Of a DNA stretch of 64,000 nucleotides, positions 48,631 through 57,884 are shown in pieces (within the stretch, counting starts at the first letter, position 1; each line of letters starts with the position of its first letter). A program made the translations under genes and the position numbers. The notes beneath the pieces were generated by a model. It was not told where the DNA came from, did not search any database, and saw only the letters and a program-made list of their open reading frames with translations. This stretch comes from Bdellovibrionales bacterium. GTDB taxonomy: Bacteria > Bdellovibrionota > Bdellovibrionia > Bdellovibrionales > UBA1609. The stretch spans positions 1,856,001 through 1,920,000 of the forward strand of contig OZ241329.1 of the NCBI GenBank assembly GCA_965199825.1. Reading direction: 5' to 3'.

Positions 48631-48840
48631 TCTGTCTTTAATTCTGCAAATAAACAAATGGCTTGAAGAAGCCTTTGAGCGTTGAAGGCACTTCTCTTTG
48701 ACTACCAATCTGTCGGTGGCAGGATTCAAAGTCCGCACACAAAGCGTGTGGTTCGGGGCGGCAGGCCTGGATAGCGATTGAGCCCACAGCATCTCATGGA
48801 CGGACAGATGAACGTGGGAACACGAGGACCGAATGCAAAT

Positions 48841-49644
48841 TTAAAGGATTTCTTTGAGAGCTCCCTCACAAGCCTTGTTACTGCTTAACTGACTCAGAAA
48901 TTCTTTGTTCCCATGCTCATCAGCCAAAATAACATCTGCAACCGAATAATTTGGATTGAAGATAAATTGTCGGATTGAAAGTGGACGACCCTCGCGGTTT
49001 TTAACAACTCCAAGATCGCCACTCACAGATGCTTTACACCCATTGATTCGGTCGCAGATATTTCTATAAATTTTTGACCACGTGACCCCAACCAGACCGA
49101 TCCCAAGCGCCGCGCTCACTGCACCCTTGAGTGAAGGTTCAATCCGGTGAAACATTTCCTCTCCTAAGAAAACTGTAACAATAACAGGTACGTTAAAAAC
49201 CGCGCGGGTCAGTTTGGGCGGCACTCCAATTTTTGGATTGAGTTCGATCAAAAAGCGTTTTCGTGATGGCTGAACTTCGTTTTGCTTCACAACCAAATAC
49301 ACATGTTTATTGATAGCAAAAAACTCTTCTGCAACGAACCCATTGAGCTTTATTTCTTGAGGTTGAGCTCGATCAATCTCAAACCCGACTAATTTGACTT
49401 TTTCTTCTGTTGAACTCAATAAGGGGCGAATCCATAAACTCGAATCTTTTAAAATTAAAAATTCAAAATAGATATCGGCCCGCATCTGACCTTCAGCGGG
49501 ATTGAGCAACACAAATTTTGGAACTGTTCGTTTGATCGAAAAGTGCTTTACCACTTGATCCTCGGAATAATTGGCGGCTTGAGCTAAGTGGCCAATCAGG
49601 GCAATGCTCAAAATGCCAACAAGCATAGAAATTGTTCGTTTCAC
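48841..49644 (-). CDS. Secreted hypothetical protein
   Basis: AAGGA RBS and GTG 49644, signal peptide ending AQA, ends ACEGALKEIL. Confidence 0.65.
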   Translation of the reverse strand: MKRTISMLVGILSIALIGHLAQAANYSEDQVVKHFSIKRTVPKFVLLNPAEGQMRADIYFEFLILKDSSLWIRPLLSSTEEKVKLVGFEIDRAQPQEIKLNGFVAEEFFAINKHVYLVVKQNEVQPSRKRFLIELNPKIGVPPKLTRAVFNVPVIVTVFLGEEMFHRIEPSLKGAVSAALGIGLVGVTWSKIYRNICDRINGCKASVSGDLGVVKNREGRPLSIRQFIFNPNYSVADVILADEHGNKEFLSQLSSNKACEGALKEIL

Positions 49645-49683
49645 TACTATTTTCCTTCGGAATTGATTCGTTTCTGACTGAGA

Positions 49684-49699
49684 AGCAAGAGATACACCA
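49684..49699 (-). promoter_or_regulatory. Putative sigma54 promoter
   Basis: Minus strand TGGTGTATCTCTTGCT (GG-N10-GC) about 40 nt upstream of GTG 49644. Confidence 0.5.
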
Positions 49700-49889
49700 A
49701 GCTCGAATGCAGCACCAAACCTCAAACTATAAACCAAAATAATTCGCTGACGGCTCGAGAAGACCCTGTTTTTGCGCGAACGAAGGTAGCTATTGGGTTT
49801 TGCTTTTTTTACCAAAAGCGCCGATCCATTACTTTTATGAAATAAATTCTGGTAACTCCCAATCCTTGAACCCCTTGCTAGGAGCCAGA

Positions 49890-50630
49890 ATGAACGAAAT
49901 TTTAGTTGGATGCTTGACCTTACTTGGACTTATTCGCCCGAGCGGTTTTGAAGTTTGGCAAATTCGGGAAATCCAAAAATTAACCGCGACTCTTGAGTTT
50001 GATTCCCGTTCGACCTCTAGAGGATTAACAAAATCGAGTGTCGTGACGATGAACGAGATCAAAGCCCGTTTGGATCGCTCGGCGAGCGAAACCCCATTCA
50101 AATTTATGAAAATTTGGTTTATTGATTTTAACAAAAAACTGGTTCATCTTCCGCAAATCCATCAATGGCGCGAAGACGTCCAGGCTCGAAACAGAATTGC
50201 TGACCTCAACCGATTTTTAAATCATCCTGCACCCAAAGAATTGTGGGAAATTTCTGAAAGTGCATCAAATTCTTCACTCGAAAAACTGCGCCTTAAGGTT
50301 GCGACTAAGATTGAAAAGGCTCTTCCTTTTTTAATTGAGCACCGTAAGGTTTTAAGCCGGCAAGATTACATTTTGAATCATCAACAAAAAATAATTGGCG
50401 ACTATCCTGATCTCGCCCATGCCACCGAAGTGCTGTTGTATTCGATCGATAAACTCGAAACTGAAACCAAAACTCAAACCGTGTTAGATCTTGCACTTCA
50501 CTCAGCAGACTCAATTTGGGCCACGATTCGTCGCCGCCAAGATGGGTTGATACAAAATATTGATGAACAAATTGACCAACTTGTTAAAACTCTTGAAACC
50601 ATTCACGACGTTGTTACAAAGATTCCATGA
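49890..50630 (+). CDS. Helical hypothetical protein (paralogue 1)
   Basis: AGGAG RBS, ATG 49890; aligns by eye with the downstream ORF. Confidence 0.65.
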   Translation: MNEILVGCLTLLGLIRPSGFEVWQIREIQKLTATLEFDSRSTSRGLTKSSVVTMNEIKARLDRSASETPFKFMKIWFIDFNKKLVHLPQIHQWREDVQARNRIADLNRFLNHPAPKELWEISESASNSSLEKLRLKVATKIEKALPFLIEHRKVLSRQDYILNHQQKIIGDYPDLAHATEVLLYSIDKLETETKTQTVLDLALHSADSIWATIRRRQDGLIQNIDEQIDQLVKTLETIHDVVTKIP

Positions 50631-51433
50631 CGCCGATTTTATATACCTGCCTTTCCTTGTTAGGTTTTGTTTCTCCACCCACTGGTTTTGATCAGTGGCG
50701 TTTAAATCAAATGATCTATCTTAAGGAAAAAATCAGTCTTGATACCGAACGAATTCATAGGATTGATCGCAGGGTTTCACGCCTTAATAAAAAAAGTGTT
50801 GATGCGGTCAATATCCTTCAAGCGCGGATCGCAAGGTATCAAACCAAAAATGAAATAAGATTTTTTGCAAAGTGGTATCAAAATTTGCAAACCCAAATCG
50901 ATCAACTTCCCCAAAAAAAAGGTTGGCGAGAGTGGACTCTCAAAATTGATCAAAAAAAATATGAAGATCCCATTCGGCTTTTTGATTTGGCACTCCCAAA
51001 ACAACTTCAAGTCACATTTGATGGGCCCGATTCATCAATTGCTGACCAGCATTTTAATTCTCTTTATCAGCTGCTAAGAAAAACACTCCCTTATTTGCAA
51101 CCCAAATACCGTGCGTTTAACCGCATGAACTACCTCAACACTCATAGCCAAAAAATAATCGGAGCCTATCCACAAATTGCTTTGGAAATAGAGCATGCGA
51201 TTTATGAAATATCTGAAGATCACCGCTCGCCACAATATAGCTCGATCAGCAAATTGGGAGAGTGTCTTGATAAAATGGATTTGATTTGGGGGCAGATCGT
51301 GTTGACTCGGCCTCATCATATCGAGCTCTACATTAAAGATTTGGCGGAGCTTTTAGAAACTCTTTTCGATCATCTTAAACGTTATGATGCGACAGGTTCT
51401 TTTCCTCAGGCGGATCAACAAGCGGCTCAATAA
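50627..51433 (+). CDS. Helical hypothetical protein (paralogue 2)
   Basis: ATGA overlap; shares QKIIGxYP and LPQxxxWRE motifs with the upstream ORF. Confidence 0.65.
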   Translation: MTPILYTCLSLLGFVSPPTGFDQWRLNQMIYLKEKISLDTERIHRIDRRVSRLNKKSVDAVNILQARIARYQTKNEIRFFAKWYQNLQTQIDQLPQKKGWREWTLKIDQKKYEDPIRLFDLALPKQLQVTFDGPDSSIADQHFNSLYQLLRKTLPYLQPKYRAFNRMNYLNTHSQKIIGAYPQIALEIEHAIYEISEDHRSPQYSSISKLGECLDKMDLIWGQIVLTRPHHIELYIKDLAELLETLFDHLKRYDATGSFPQADQQAAQ

Positions 51434-52805
51434 AAATCGGCAGCGAAAATGAAAACACAGAACCTTGGCCCACCTGACTTTCAACCCAGATGTCTCCTTC
51501 ATGAGCGTGAACAATGGATTGGGCGATACTGAGGCCAAGGCCCATACCGTGTTGAGAAGTTTCACGCACTTGCCAGTACCGTTTAAAAATGTGAGGCAAC
51601 TGATCACTAGGGATGCCCGGGCCGGTATCTGTAACCGCAATAATGGCGAATTTTCCCATTATTTTTGCCTCGATTGAAACTTCGCCGCCGTTTTTTGTAA
51701 ACTTCAAAGCATTACCTAAAAGATTTGAGATCACTTGATCAATCCGAGTGATATCTAAAAACGCGACTGTTTCATTGAGAGTAATATTCTTGCTGAGCCT
51801 TATGGATTGGAGGTCTGCCAGTGGTGTGAAGCGGATAAAAATATCTTGGAGGATTGAGGCCACATTGCTCGATGTTCGATTCAACTCCAAAGATCCTGCC
51901 TCTATTTTTGCGTGATCGAGGAGGTCATTGATCAATCGCTGCATCGATTGGGCAGATCTTAAAACCACTTGCAAAGTATGTGGCATGTCCACGCCCGAAC
52001 CTTTGCGAATTTGGCGTGAAGCCATCTCTGCACTCATTACAATTCCTGAAAGCGGATTTCTTAAATCGTGCGCCACCACCTCGATTGTTTTTTTACGGGC
52101 ATCAGAAAGTTCTAATTCTTTTTTATGTAATTCAGACCTGCGAATTTCATCAGCTTTTTTTCTTCGAACGAGTTGAATTAACAAGGTTGAGACAAAGAAA
52201 AATAAAATGACCGAAGCCACAGTGGCCGCACTCAAGGTGTTGATGATGTACTTTGTATTGATTTTATTTTGTTCTCGGGTGTCGTGATAATTCTGAAGTT
52301 TTTTGGCTTCAAAATCATCGATAGCTTCGCTTACGGTTGTAGCCTGTGCTGCTGGAGCATTTGTAAAGTAGCGGTTAACCTTGGCAATACTTGCTCCATG
52401 TTTTTTCATCTCGATGCCGGGCAAAGATAAGTGGATAAGCTGTTGGTGAGCGGTGCGGATATTTTCGAGCAAGATAAGGCTTTCGGTATCCTGACTTAAT
52501 TTTTGAAGACGACTCAAGTCGTCCGAAAAACTGCGATTGGCCTCACCATTTTTTTTAAGGTGTTCATAATCACCGCTCAATACAAAAAGCGGCATCGTCG
52601 ACATTTGCTCGGCCATTCTTAATTTTAAACTCTCCACAATTTGGAGTTCTTGAACTTCGTGTTCTAAAAAGTTGTTTTGGGCTTTTGTGATTTTTAAAAT
52701 CGAAAACATTGTGGATGAAATTATTAAAAAACCAACCGCGAGCAAAAACCCCATCGCAAAAATCAGCTTAAAATAAAATCCGAATTTAGGCGCTGAATCG
52801 GGCAT
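51375..52805 (-). CDS. Membrane sensor histidine kinase
   Basis: Two TMs, AHDLRNPL, NALKFT, DTGPGI, GMGLGL. Confidence 0.92.
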   Translation of the reverse strand: MPDSAPKFGFYFKLIFAMGFLLAVGFLIISSTMFSILKITKAQNNFLEHEVQELQIVESLKLRMAEQMSTMPLFVLSGDYEHLKKNGEANRSFSDDLSRLQKLSQDTESLILLENIRTAHQQLIHLSLPGIEMKKHGASIAKVNRYFTNAPAAQATTVSEAIDDFEAKKLQNYHDTREQNKINTKYIINTLSAATVASVILFFFVSTLLIQLVRRKKADEIRRSELHKKELELSDARKKTIEVVAHDLRNPLSGIVMSAEMASRQIRKGSGVDMPHTLQVVLRSAQSMQRLINDLLDHAKIEAGSLELNRTSSNVASILQDIFIRFTPLADLQSIRLSKNITLNETVAFLDITRIDQVISNLLGNALKFTKNGGEVSIEAKIMGKFAIIAVTDTGPGIPSDQLPHIFKRYWQVRETSQHGMGLGLSIAQSIVHAHEGDIWVESQVGQGSVFSFSLPIFIEPLVDPPEEKNLSHHNV

Positions 52806-54858
52806 ACTGCAAAATAGTTTCTACAAGGTGTTTTGAATCTATCGGCTTTGGCAAAAAATCGGTGCAACCCACATCGCGGCATTTTTGCCGAACATCCGAT
52901 AAGGTGTGAGCGGTCAAAGCAATGATGGGTTGATTGAGTCCCATCGAACGTAATTTGCCGATGGCGGTGTAACCATCCATCACGGGCATCTGAAGATCCA
53001 TCAGGATCACATCATAATTTTTTGCCTGGGCTTTAATGAGTCCATCAAGACCATTCACCGCAATTTCGACCTGGGCTCCGTAACGAGTAAGGTAATTTGA
53101 GATCAGCTCTTGATTGTCGGGTGAGTCTTCGACAACCAAAATCCTCATATGATCGAGATTTAAATCTTTGGGTATTGGATGATTTTGTTTTTGTTCTTGA
53201 ACCCCACTCGCCGGGAGCAACTGATCACGGCTTTCGATTGTAAAAGAAAAACAACTGCCCTTATCAATTGCGGTTTTGACCAACTCAACATCACCACCCA
53301 TTGCTCGGGCAAGCGAGCGCGAAAGAGAAAGTCCAAGACCTGTACCGCCGTATCGTCGAGTCATTGAGTTGTCGGCTTGATTGAACATTTTAAACAATCG
53401 AGGAATTGAGATTTCGGATATCCCAACGCCGGTGTCGCTCACTTCGAATTTACAGCCTTTTTTGTTATTTTCTAAATTCGAAAGCCTGATTTCGACATAG
53501 CCTTTTTCGGTAAACTTGATTGCATTGCTCACAAGATTAATCAAAACTTGTTTGGCACGGGTCGGGTCAGTCACAATTTCTGTGGCCAAAGAGAGCTCGT
53601 TCACAAAAGTGAGACTCACATTTTTTTGTTTAGCAACAACAGTCATCAGTGCTGCAACTTCTTCGACCAGTTGAAGTGGGCTTAACTTAACGTAATCAAA
53701 ATTGACGTGACCTGTTTCAGCCTTTGAAAGATCTAAGATGTCGCTAATCAAACGCCCCAGCTGCTCGCCATTACGATGAAGGACAGAAATAAAATGGGCT
53801 CGATCTTGATCAGATAATTTGGGTTGCCCTAGCAGCTCTGCAAAACCGATCATCGCTCCCAGGGGGGTGCGAATCTCGTGCGACATATTGGCCAAAAAAG
53901 CGGTTTTTAAATTGTTGGCCCGCTCGGCTTCTTCTTTTGCTTTAACCAACTCATCTGCAGCAAGTTTGTGATCATGCACATCCGTATTTGTGCCAAACCA
54001 ACTCATCACTTGGCCTTTATTATCGGTGATTGGCAAAACGCGGGTTAAAAACCAACGAAATTGTCCATCGCGACCCTTCAGGGGCATGGTGATTTCAAGT
54101 TGTTTTTTATTCTTGAGCGACGCTTGCCACTCCTCAAGCACCCGATCAAGATGTTCGGGATCATGGACAGTTTGCCACCCCCATCCCTTCATCTGCTCAG
54201 GCGTTGATCCGGTGTAATCGTACCAACGAGAGTTGTACCAGTGAATAAATCCATCGGGCTCAGCCATAAATGCAAGTTGGGGAATGGAGTTGGCTAGCGT
54301 TTCAAAATGTTGATTGCGAACGTCTGCAATTTCAGCCTGATTAAGAAATCGGGCTAAAAAACTGCCCAAAAGTTTAAGCGAATCTTCCTCGTCTTTTGAA
54401 AAAAAATTGGTCTGAGCCGACATCACTTTGAGAACACCGACCACAGCACTTTGGGTGGTCAATGGAAGAACGATCATCGATTTAACACCAATTCTTTTGA
54501 CCGCTGTTAAATCGACGCGATCATCATTTTCGCTATCGGCGGAATAAAGAACTTTATTTTCACGCACACAAAGACCTGAAAGCGAAGATTGAAATTTTAA
54601 GCGAAGACCCAGTGAGCCCTTTGTCATTGGGCCAGAAATAGAATGGTAAACCATCTCATCTGCTTCTTGCAGTTCGATCACCGCACCCTCGGCCTGAGTC
54701 AACTCACAGGCAGAATCCACAATGGACTGCATGACTTTTTGTTGATCGAATCCGACTTCGGAGATGCGATTCAAAATTAAAATGATATGTCGCAATCGAG
54801 CCGCAGAAGCCTTTGATAAAAAGTCTTGTGTCTCGGAGGAATTAAAATCCATGAGCAT
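52786..54858 (-). CDS. Cytoplasmic hybrid histidine kinase (GAF-PAS-HisKA-HATPase-REC)
   Basis: GAF segment, PAS (NSRWYDYTG..VHDPEH..WFGTNTD), [22 protein letters not shown]. Confidence 0.92.
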   Translation of the reverse strand: MLMDFNSSETQDFLSKASAARLRHIILILNRISEVGFDQQKVMQSIVDSACELTQAEGAVIELQEADEMVYHSISGPMTKGSLGLRLKFQSSLSGLCVRENKVLYSADSENDDRVDLTAVKRIGVKSMIVLPLTTQSAVVGVLKVMSAQTNFFSKDEEDSLKLLGSFLARFLNQAEIADVRNQHFETLANSIPQLAFMAEPDGFIHWYNSRWYDYTGSTPEQMKGWGWQTVHDPEHLDRVLEEWQASLKNKKQLEITMPLKGRDGQFRWFLTRVLPITDNKGQVMSWFGTNTDVHDHKLAADELVKAKEEAERANNLKTAFLANMSHEIRTPLGAMIGFAELLGQPKLSDQDRAHFISVLHRNGEQLGRLISDILDLSKAETGHVNFDYVKLSPLQLVEEVAALMTVVAKQKNVSLTFVNELSLATEIVTDPTRAKQVLINLVSNAIKFTEKGYVEIRLSNLENNKKGCKFEVSDTGVGISEISIPRLFKMFNQADNSMTRRYGGTGLGLSLSRSLARAMGGDVELVKTAIDKGSCFSFTIESRDQLLPASGVQEQKQNHPIPKDLNLDHMRILVVEDSPDNQELISNYLTRYGAQVEIAVNGLDGLIKAQAKNYDVILMDLQMPVMDGYTAIGKLRSMGLNQPIIALTAHTLSDVRQKCRDVGCTDFLPKPIDSKHLVETILQYARFSA

Positions 54859-54935
54859 CAGCAACCCCTCGCCTCTCATATTGATGTAAAAAACCAGATA
54901 TCGAGGCAAGTATTAATTAAAAGGGATGGTGCGCG

Positions 54936-55484
54936 TCAGTGATGCTCAATGCGATAGTGAAATGGAATGGCCAACGACAACGTGGGCGGCGAGCCCTTCG
55001 GCGGGTTTGGAAAACGATTGATTTGTTTGACCGACTCTAAGGCTGCTTGATTGAGGTTTTCAAATGGCGAAGGGTTTTGAACTTTGAGATTTGAAAAAGT
55101 GCCATCTAGTGCCACATCCACCGACACCAACACATCGCCCTCTTGCTCGCGATCAATCGCACTTTTGGGATAAATCTTGTGATCTTGCAGAAGCTTCACA
55201 ACTTCCAAAATATAGATTCCAGTTTCACTGACAGTTAATTTGTGTTCGGGGATCAACGGCGAGCCAGTAGTCGGGATCATTTTTGTTGGCAAAGATTTTT
55301 TTGGCGCATGAAATGATTTTGGAATTTGAGAATTGAGCTCGGCATGGTGACCCATAGTCTCCACAAAATTTACGCTCACTGGCTCGACCTCAAGTTTTAA
55401 GTCGGGCGCTTTACTTTTTATAAAAATAAAAAGCAAAATAAAATGGATTAAAAATGAAGCAGCAACCCCAGCTTTTAAGCGCAT
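54936..55484 (-). CDS. tonB: TonB family energy transducer
   Basis: TM with SFLIH, Pro/Lys linker, YPKSAIDREQEGDV, LNQAAL; start overlaps bioA stop. Confidence 0.85.
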   Translation of the reverse strand: MRLKAGVAASFLIHFILLFIFIKSKAPDLKLEVEPVSVNFVETMGHHAELNSQIPKSFHAPKKSLPTKMIPTTGSPLIPEHKLTVSETGIYILEVVKLLQDHKIYPKSAIDREQEGDVLVSVDVALDGTFSNLKVQNPSPFENLNQAALESVKQINRFPNPPKGSPPTLSLAIPFHYRIEHH

Positions 55485-56731
55485 ATGTGATGAAGAGTTT
55501 GATTGATGGTTGACCAAAGATGCTCAATCTCATCCGGTGTGGAGCAGTAGGGTGGCATCGCATAAACGGTCGAGCCAAGAGTGCGAAGATAAATATTGTT
55601 TTTGAGCATTTCTAAATGAAAGCGGCGTGAAAAATCTCCGGCGTAATTTTGATTAAGATTTAATTCTAAAATGCCCACACTGCCAACCACCCGGGTCTCT
55701 CGAACAAAAGGAAAATCTTGGTTGAGACCTTTGAGATGTGCTTTTCGAAGACCATCGATATTTTTTAGAGTTTGGGATTGGCCAAATATTTTCAAATTGG
55801 CAAGAGCTGCAGCACAACTCAAAGCATTGCCGGTAAAACTATGACCATGAAACAGCATTTGATCGGGTGAGCTCGATAAAAAATGATCGAATACGGTTTT
55901 GGTGGTGACGGTCAATCCCATGGGGAGCACCCCAGCGGTCAATCCTTTTGAGAGACATAAAAAATCGGGGTTATGGTCGGTTTGCTCAAAAGCAAACAAG
56001 GTCCCGGTTCGCCCAAACCCGGTCATCACCTCATCAAAAATAATTTTGATATCATGCTCACGTGCAAGTGAACAAATTTTATTTAATGCTTCAATCGGCC
56101 AAGCAATCATTCCGCCGGCTCCCTGAAGAAGGGGTTCGATAATCACCGCACAAACAGTATGACCCTTTTGTTGGACTAACCGATTAAAATCATCCACCCA
56201 ATTTTCTAAGGGATCAGATAAATGCAATCCTTGCTGGGCTCTTAAAATCGGAAATTTAAGTTGTGAGTAAGCTTGGGTAAAGGTGCCGTCCGCACTCACG
56301 CTCATCGCCCCACAGGTGTCGCCGTGATAGGCCTTTTCAAAAGCGATAAACTCTTTGCGCTCAGGCTGGTGATTTTGCTTACAGCTTTGGTAAGCCATTT
56401 TCATCGCAACCTCCACAGCGGTTGAGCCATTGTCCGAAAAAAAAGCATGGTCTAACTGAGAGGGCAAAAAATTTTTAAACTCGGTCATAAATTCGTTGGC
56501 GCTATCATAGATAAAGTTGGCAAACACCACTTGCGAAAGTTTTTGAGATTGATCCGTGATGGCTTTCGTAATGCGGGGATCGGAATGCCCGTGTGTCACC
56601 AACCACCAACTTGAAATCGCATCAAAAATTTTTTTATTTTCTTTTGTGTAAAGATAAGCACCTCGAGCGTGACTGAGATGGACGGGCTCAAGTGCGGTTT
56701 GCATTTGTGTGTAGGGCCGCCAAATTTTCAA
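55475..56731 (-). CDS. bioA: DAPA aminotransferase
   Basis: IWRPYTQM, DAISSWW, DNGSTAVEVAMK, YHGDT, DEVMTGFGRTG, SKGLT, HGHSFTGN. Confidence 0.96.
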   Translation of the reverse strand: MKIWRPYTQMQTALEPVHLSHARGAYLYTKENKKIFDAISSWWLVTHGHSDPRITKAITDQSQKLSQVVFANFIYDSANEFMTEFKNFLPSQLDHAFFSDNGSTAVEVAMKMAYQSCKQNHQPERKEFIAFEKAYHGDTCGAMSVSADGTFTQAYSQLKFPILRAQQGLHLSDPLENWVDDFNRLVQQKGHTVCAVIIEPLLQGAGGMIAWPIEALNKICSLAREHDIKIIFDEVMTGFGRTGTLFAFEQTDHNPDFLCLSKGLTAGVLPMGLTVTTKTVFDHFLSSSPDQMLFHGHSFTGNALSCAAALANLKIFGQSQTLKNIDGLRKAHLKGLNQDFPFVRETRVVGSVGILELNLNQNYAGDFSRRFHLEMLKNNIYLRTLGSTVYAMPPYCSTPDEIEHLWSTINQTLHHICA

Positions 56732-57297
56732 ATTGCGGCCTCAAACGCCTGCCATGTTCGGTTGAAACAATCCTCTTCAAGCTCAATCAATTTGTTTTTA
56801 ATTTCGAGTGAAATACTTTTTAGTACTTGCTGAACTTCGCTCAAATGATTTTCTTCATCATTCAAGATAGGCTTTAATGAAAAATCAAATTGAGATTGAT
56901 CTAAGATAGATTCGTAGATTCGGTAAACCTTTAAAGCACGCTCTTCAATCAACCAAGTGACCAACTGATAAATCAGTTTTGGTTGAGCACCTAGAATTTT
57001 TGCCACTCCTAAATCTAAATCGTAAAAGTAGGCCTTGATCGCTTTTTCGCTCAGCAAATTATCGGTGTTAAAACTAGAAAATTTTTGACCACCCACCTTC
57101 ATCGCCAAACGCTTAAAATAAACCGCGTGGCGCACTTCTTCGTAAGTATGGGTCAAAGTCTCGTCGTTGATGTCTTCAGTACCCAAAGAACGGGCAATTT
57201 TTCGAAAGCCACGATACTCGAGATATGAAAAACTATTTAAAAATTTAGCATGGAGTGTGGGCGATTGAACTACGGTTTGGATCAGCTGTTGAACCAT
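56728..57297 (-). CDS. Ferritin-like di-iron protein in bio operon (BioE-like)
   Basis: E / EEVRH / IEERA / DEENH di-iron carboxylate pattern; overlaps both bioD and bioA. Confidence 0.75.
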   Translation of the reverse strand: MVQQLIQTVVQSPTLHAKFLNSFSYLEYRGFRKIARSLGTEDINDETLTHTYEEVRHAVYFKRLAMKVGGQKFSSFNTDNLLSEKAIKAYFYDLDLGVAKILGAQPKLIYQLVTWLIEERALKVYRIYESILDQSQFDFSLKPILNDEENHLSEVQQVLKSISLEIKNKLIELEEDCFNRTWQAFEAAI

Positions 57298-57884
57298 GAA
57301 AACTCCCAGTTTTTGGTGATATCGGACAATTGATGTAGAGTGATGTGTTCAAGAAAAGGAAGCTGACCAATGACTTTCACCTGTCCAAAATTTTCGATAG
57401 CCTCTTTATTTTCGAAATTGGGATCACCAACCATAATCACTCCAACGACTTCGATCTTTTTTGATTTTAATAGCTCAAGAGTCAACAAAGTATGATTGAT
57501 TGTTCCAAGGCGCGAGCGCGAAACCACCACGGTTTTACATTCAAGTGCCTTGATCAGATCAAACATAAACTGGGCAGAGTTAAGCGGAACAAAAACTCCA
57601 CCTGCACCCTCGATCATCGTCGAATCTTGAGGCTTTAGAGACACCACATGATCAAGCGAAATGGTTTGTTGGCTCAGTTGGGCTGCAAGGTGTGGACTTA
57701 ATGGGTGTTCCAAACAATAAGCCTCAACCGATGTTTTGATTCCAAAGTTTTTTATAATATCGGTATCGCGAGGTGTGCCGCATTGAATCGGCTTCCAATA
57801 ACCAAGATCAAGGTGATTGCACAGTGCAAGCGACGCGATTGTTTTCCCTACGTCGGTATCTGTTCCGGTTACAAACAGATTCAA
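57282..57884 (-). CDS. bioD: Dethiobiotin synthase
   Basis: FVTGTDTDVGKT, WKPIQCG, SPHLAA, IEGAGG, LGTINHTLL; TTG start overlapping bioF stop. Confidence 0.96.
   Translation of the reverse strand: MNLFVTGTDTDVGKTIASLALCNHLDLGYWKPIQCGTPRDTDIIKNFGIKTSVEAYCLEHPLSPHLAAQLSQQTISLDHVVSLKPQDSTMIEGAGGVFVPLNSAQFMFDLIKALECKTVVVSRSRLGTINHTLLTLELLKSKKIEVVGVIMVGDPNFENKEAIENFGQVKVIGQLPFLEHITLHQLSDITKNWEFSWFNS

Noticed and set aside
48475..48792. ORFs 48475-48792 (-) and 48479-48685 (+)
   Set aside because: They overlap the tRNA and palindromic DNA and have no protein-like features.
48700..48840. RNase P RNA or cobalamin riboswitch (AAAGTCCG; CCAGGCCTGCC on the minus strand)
   Set aside because: Only short partial matches; other conserved elements and the required length are missing.
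48556..54909. Integrated island or prophage at tRNA-Gln
   Set aside because: No integrase, phage genes or direct repeat of the tRNA 3' end found.
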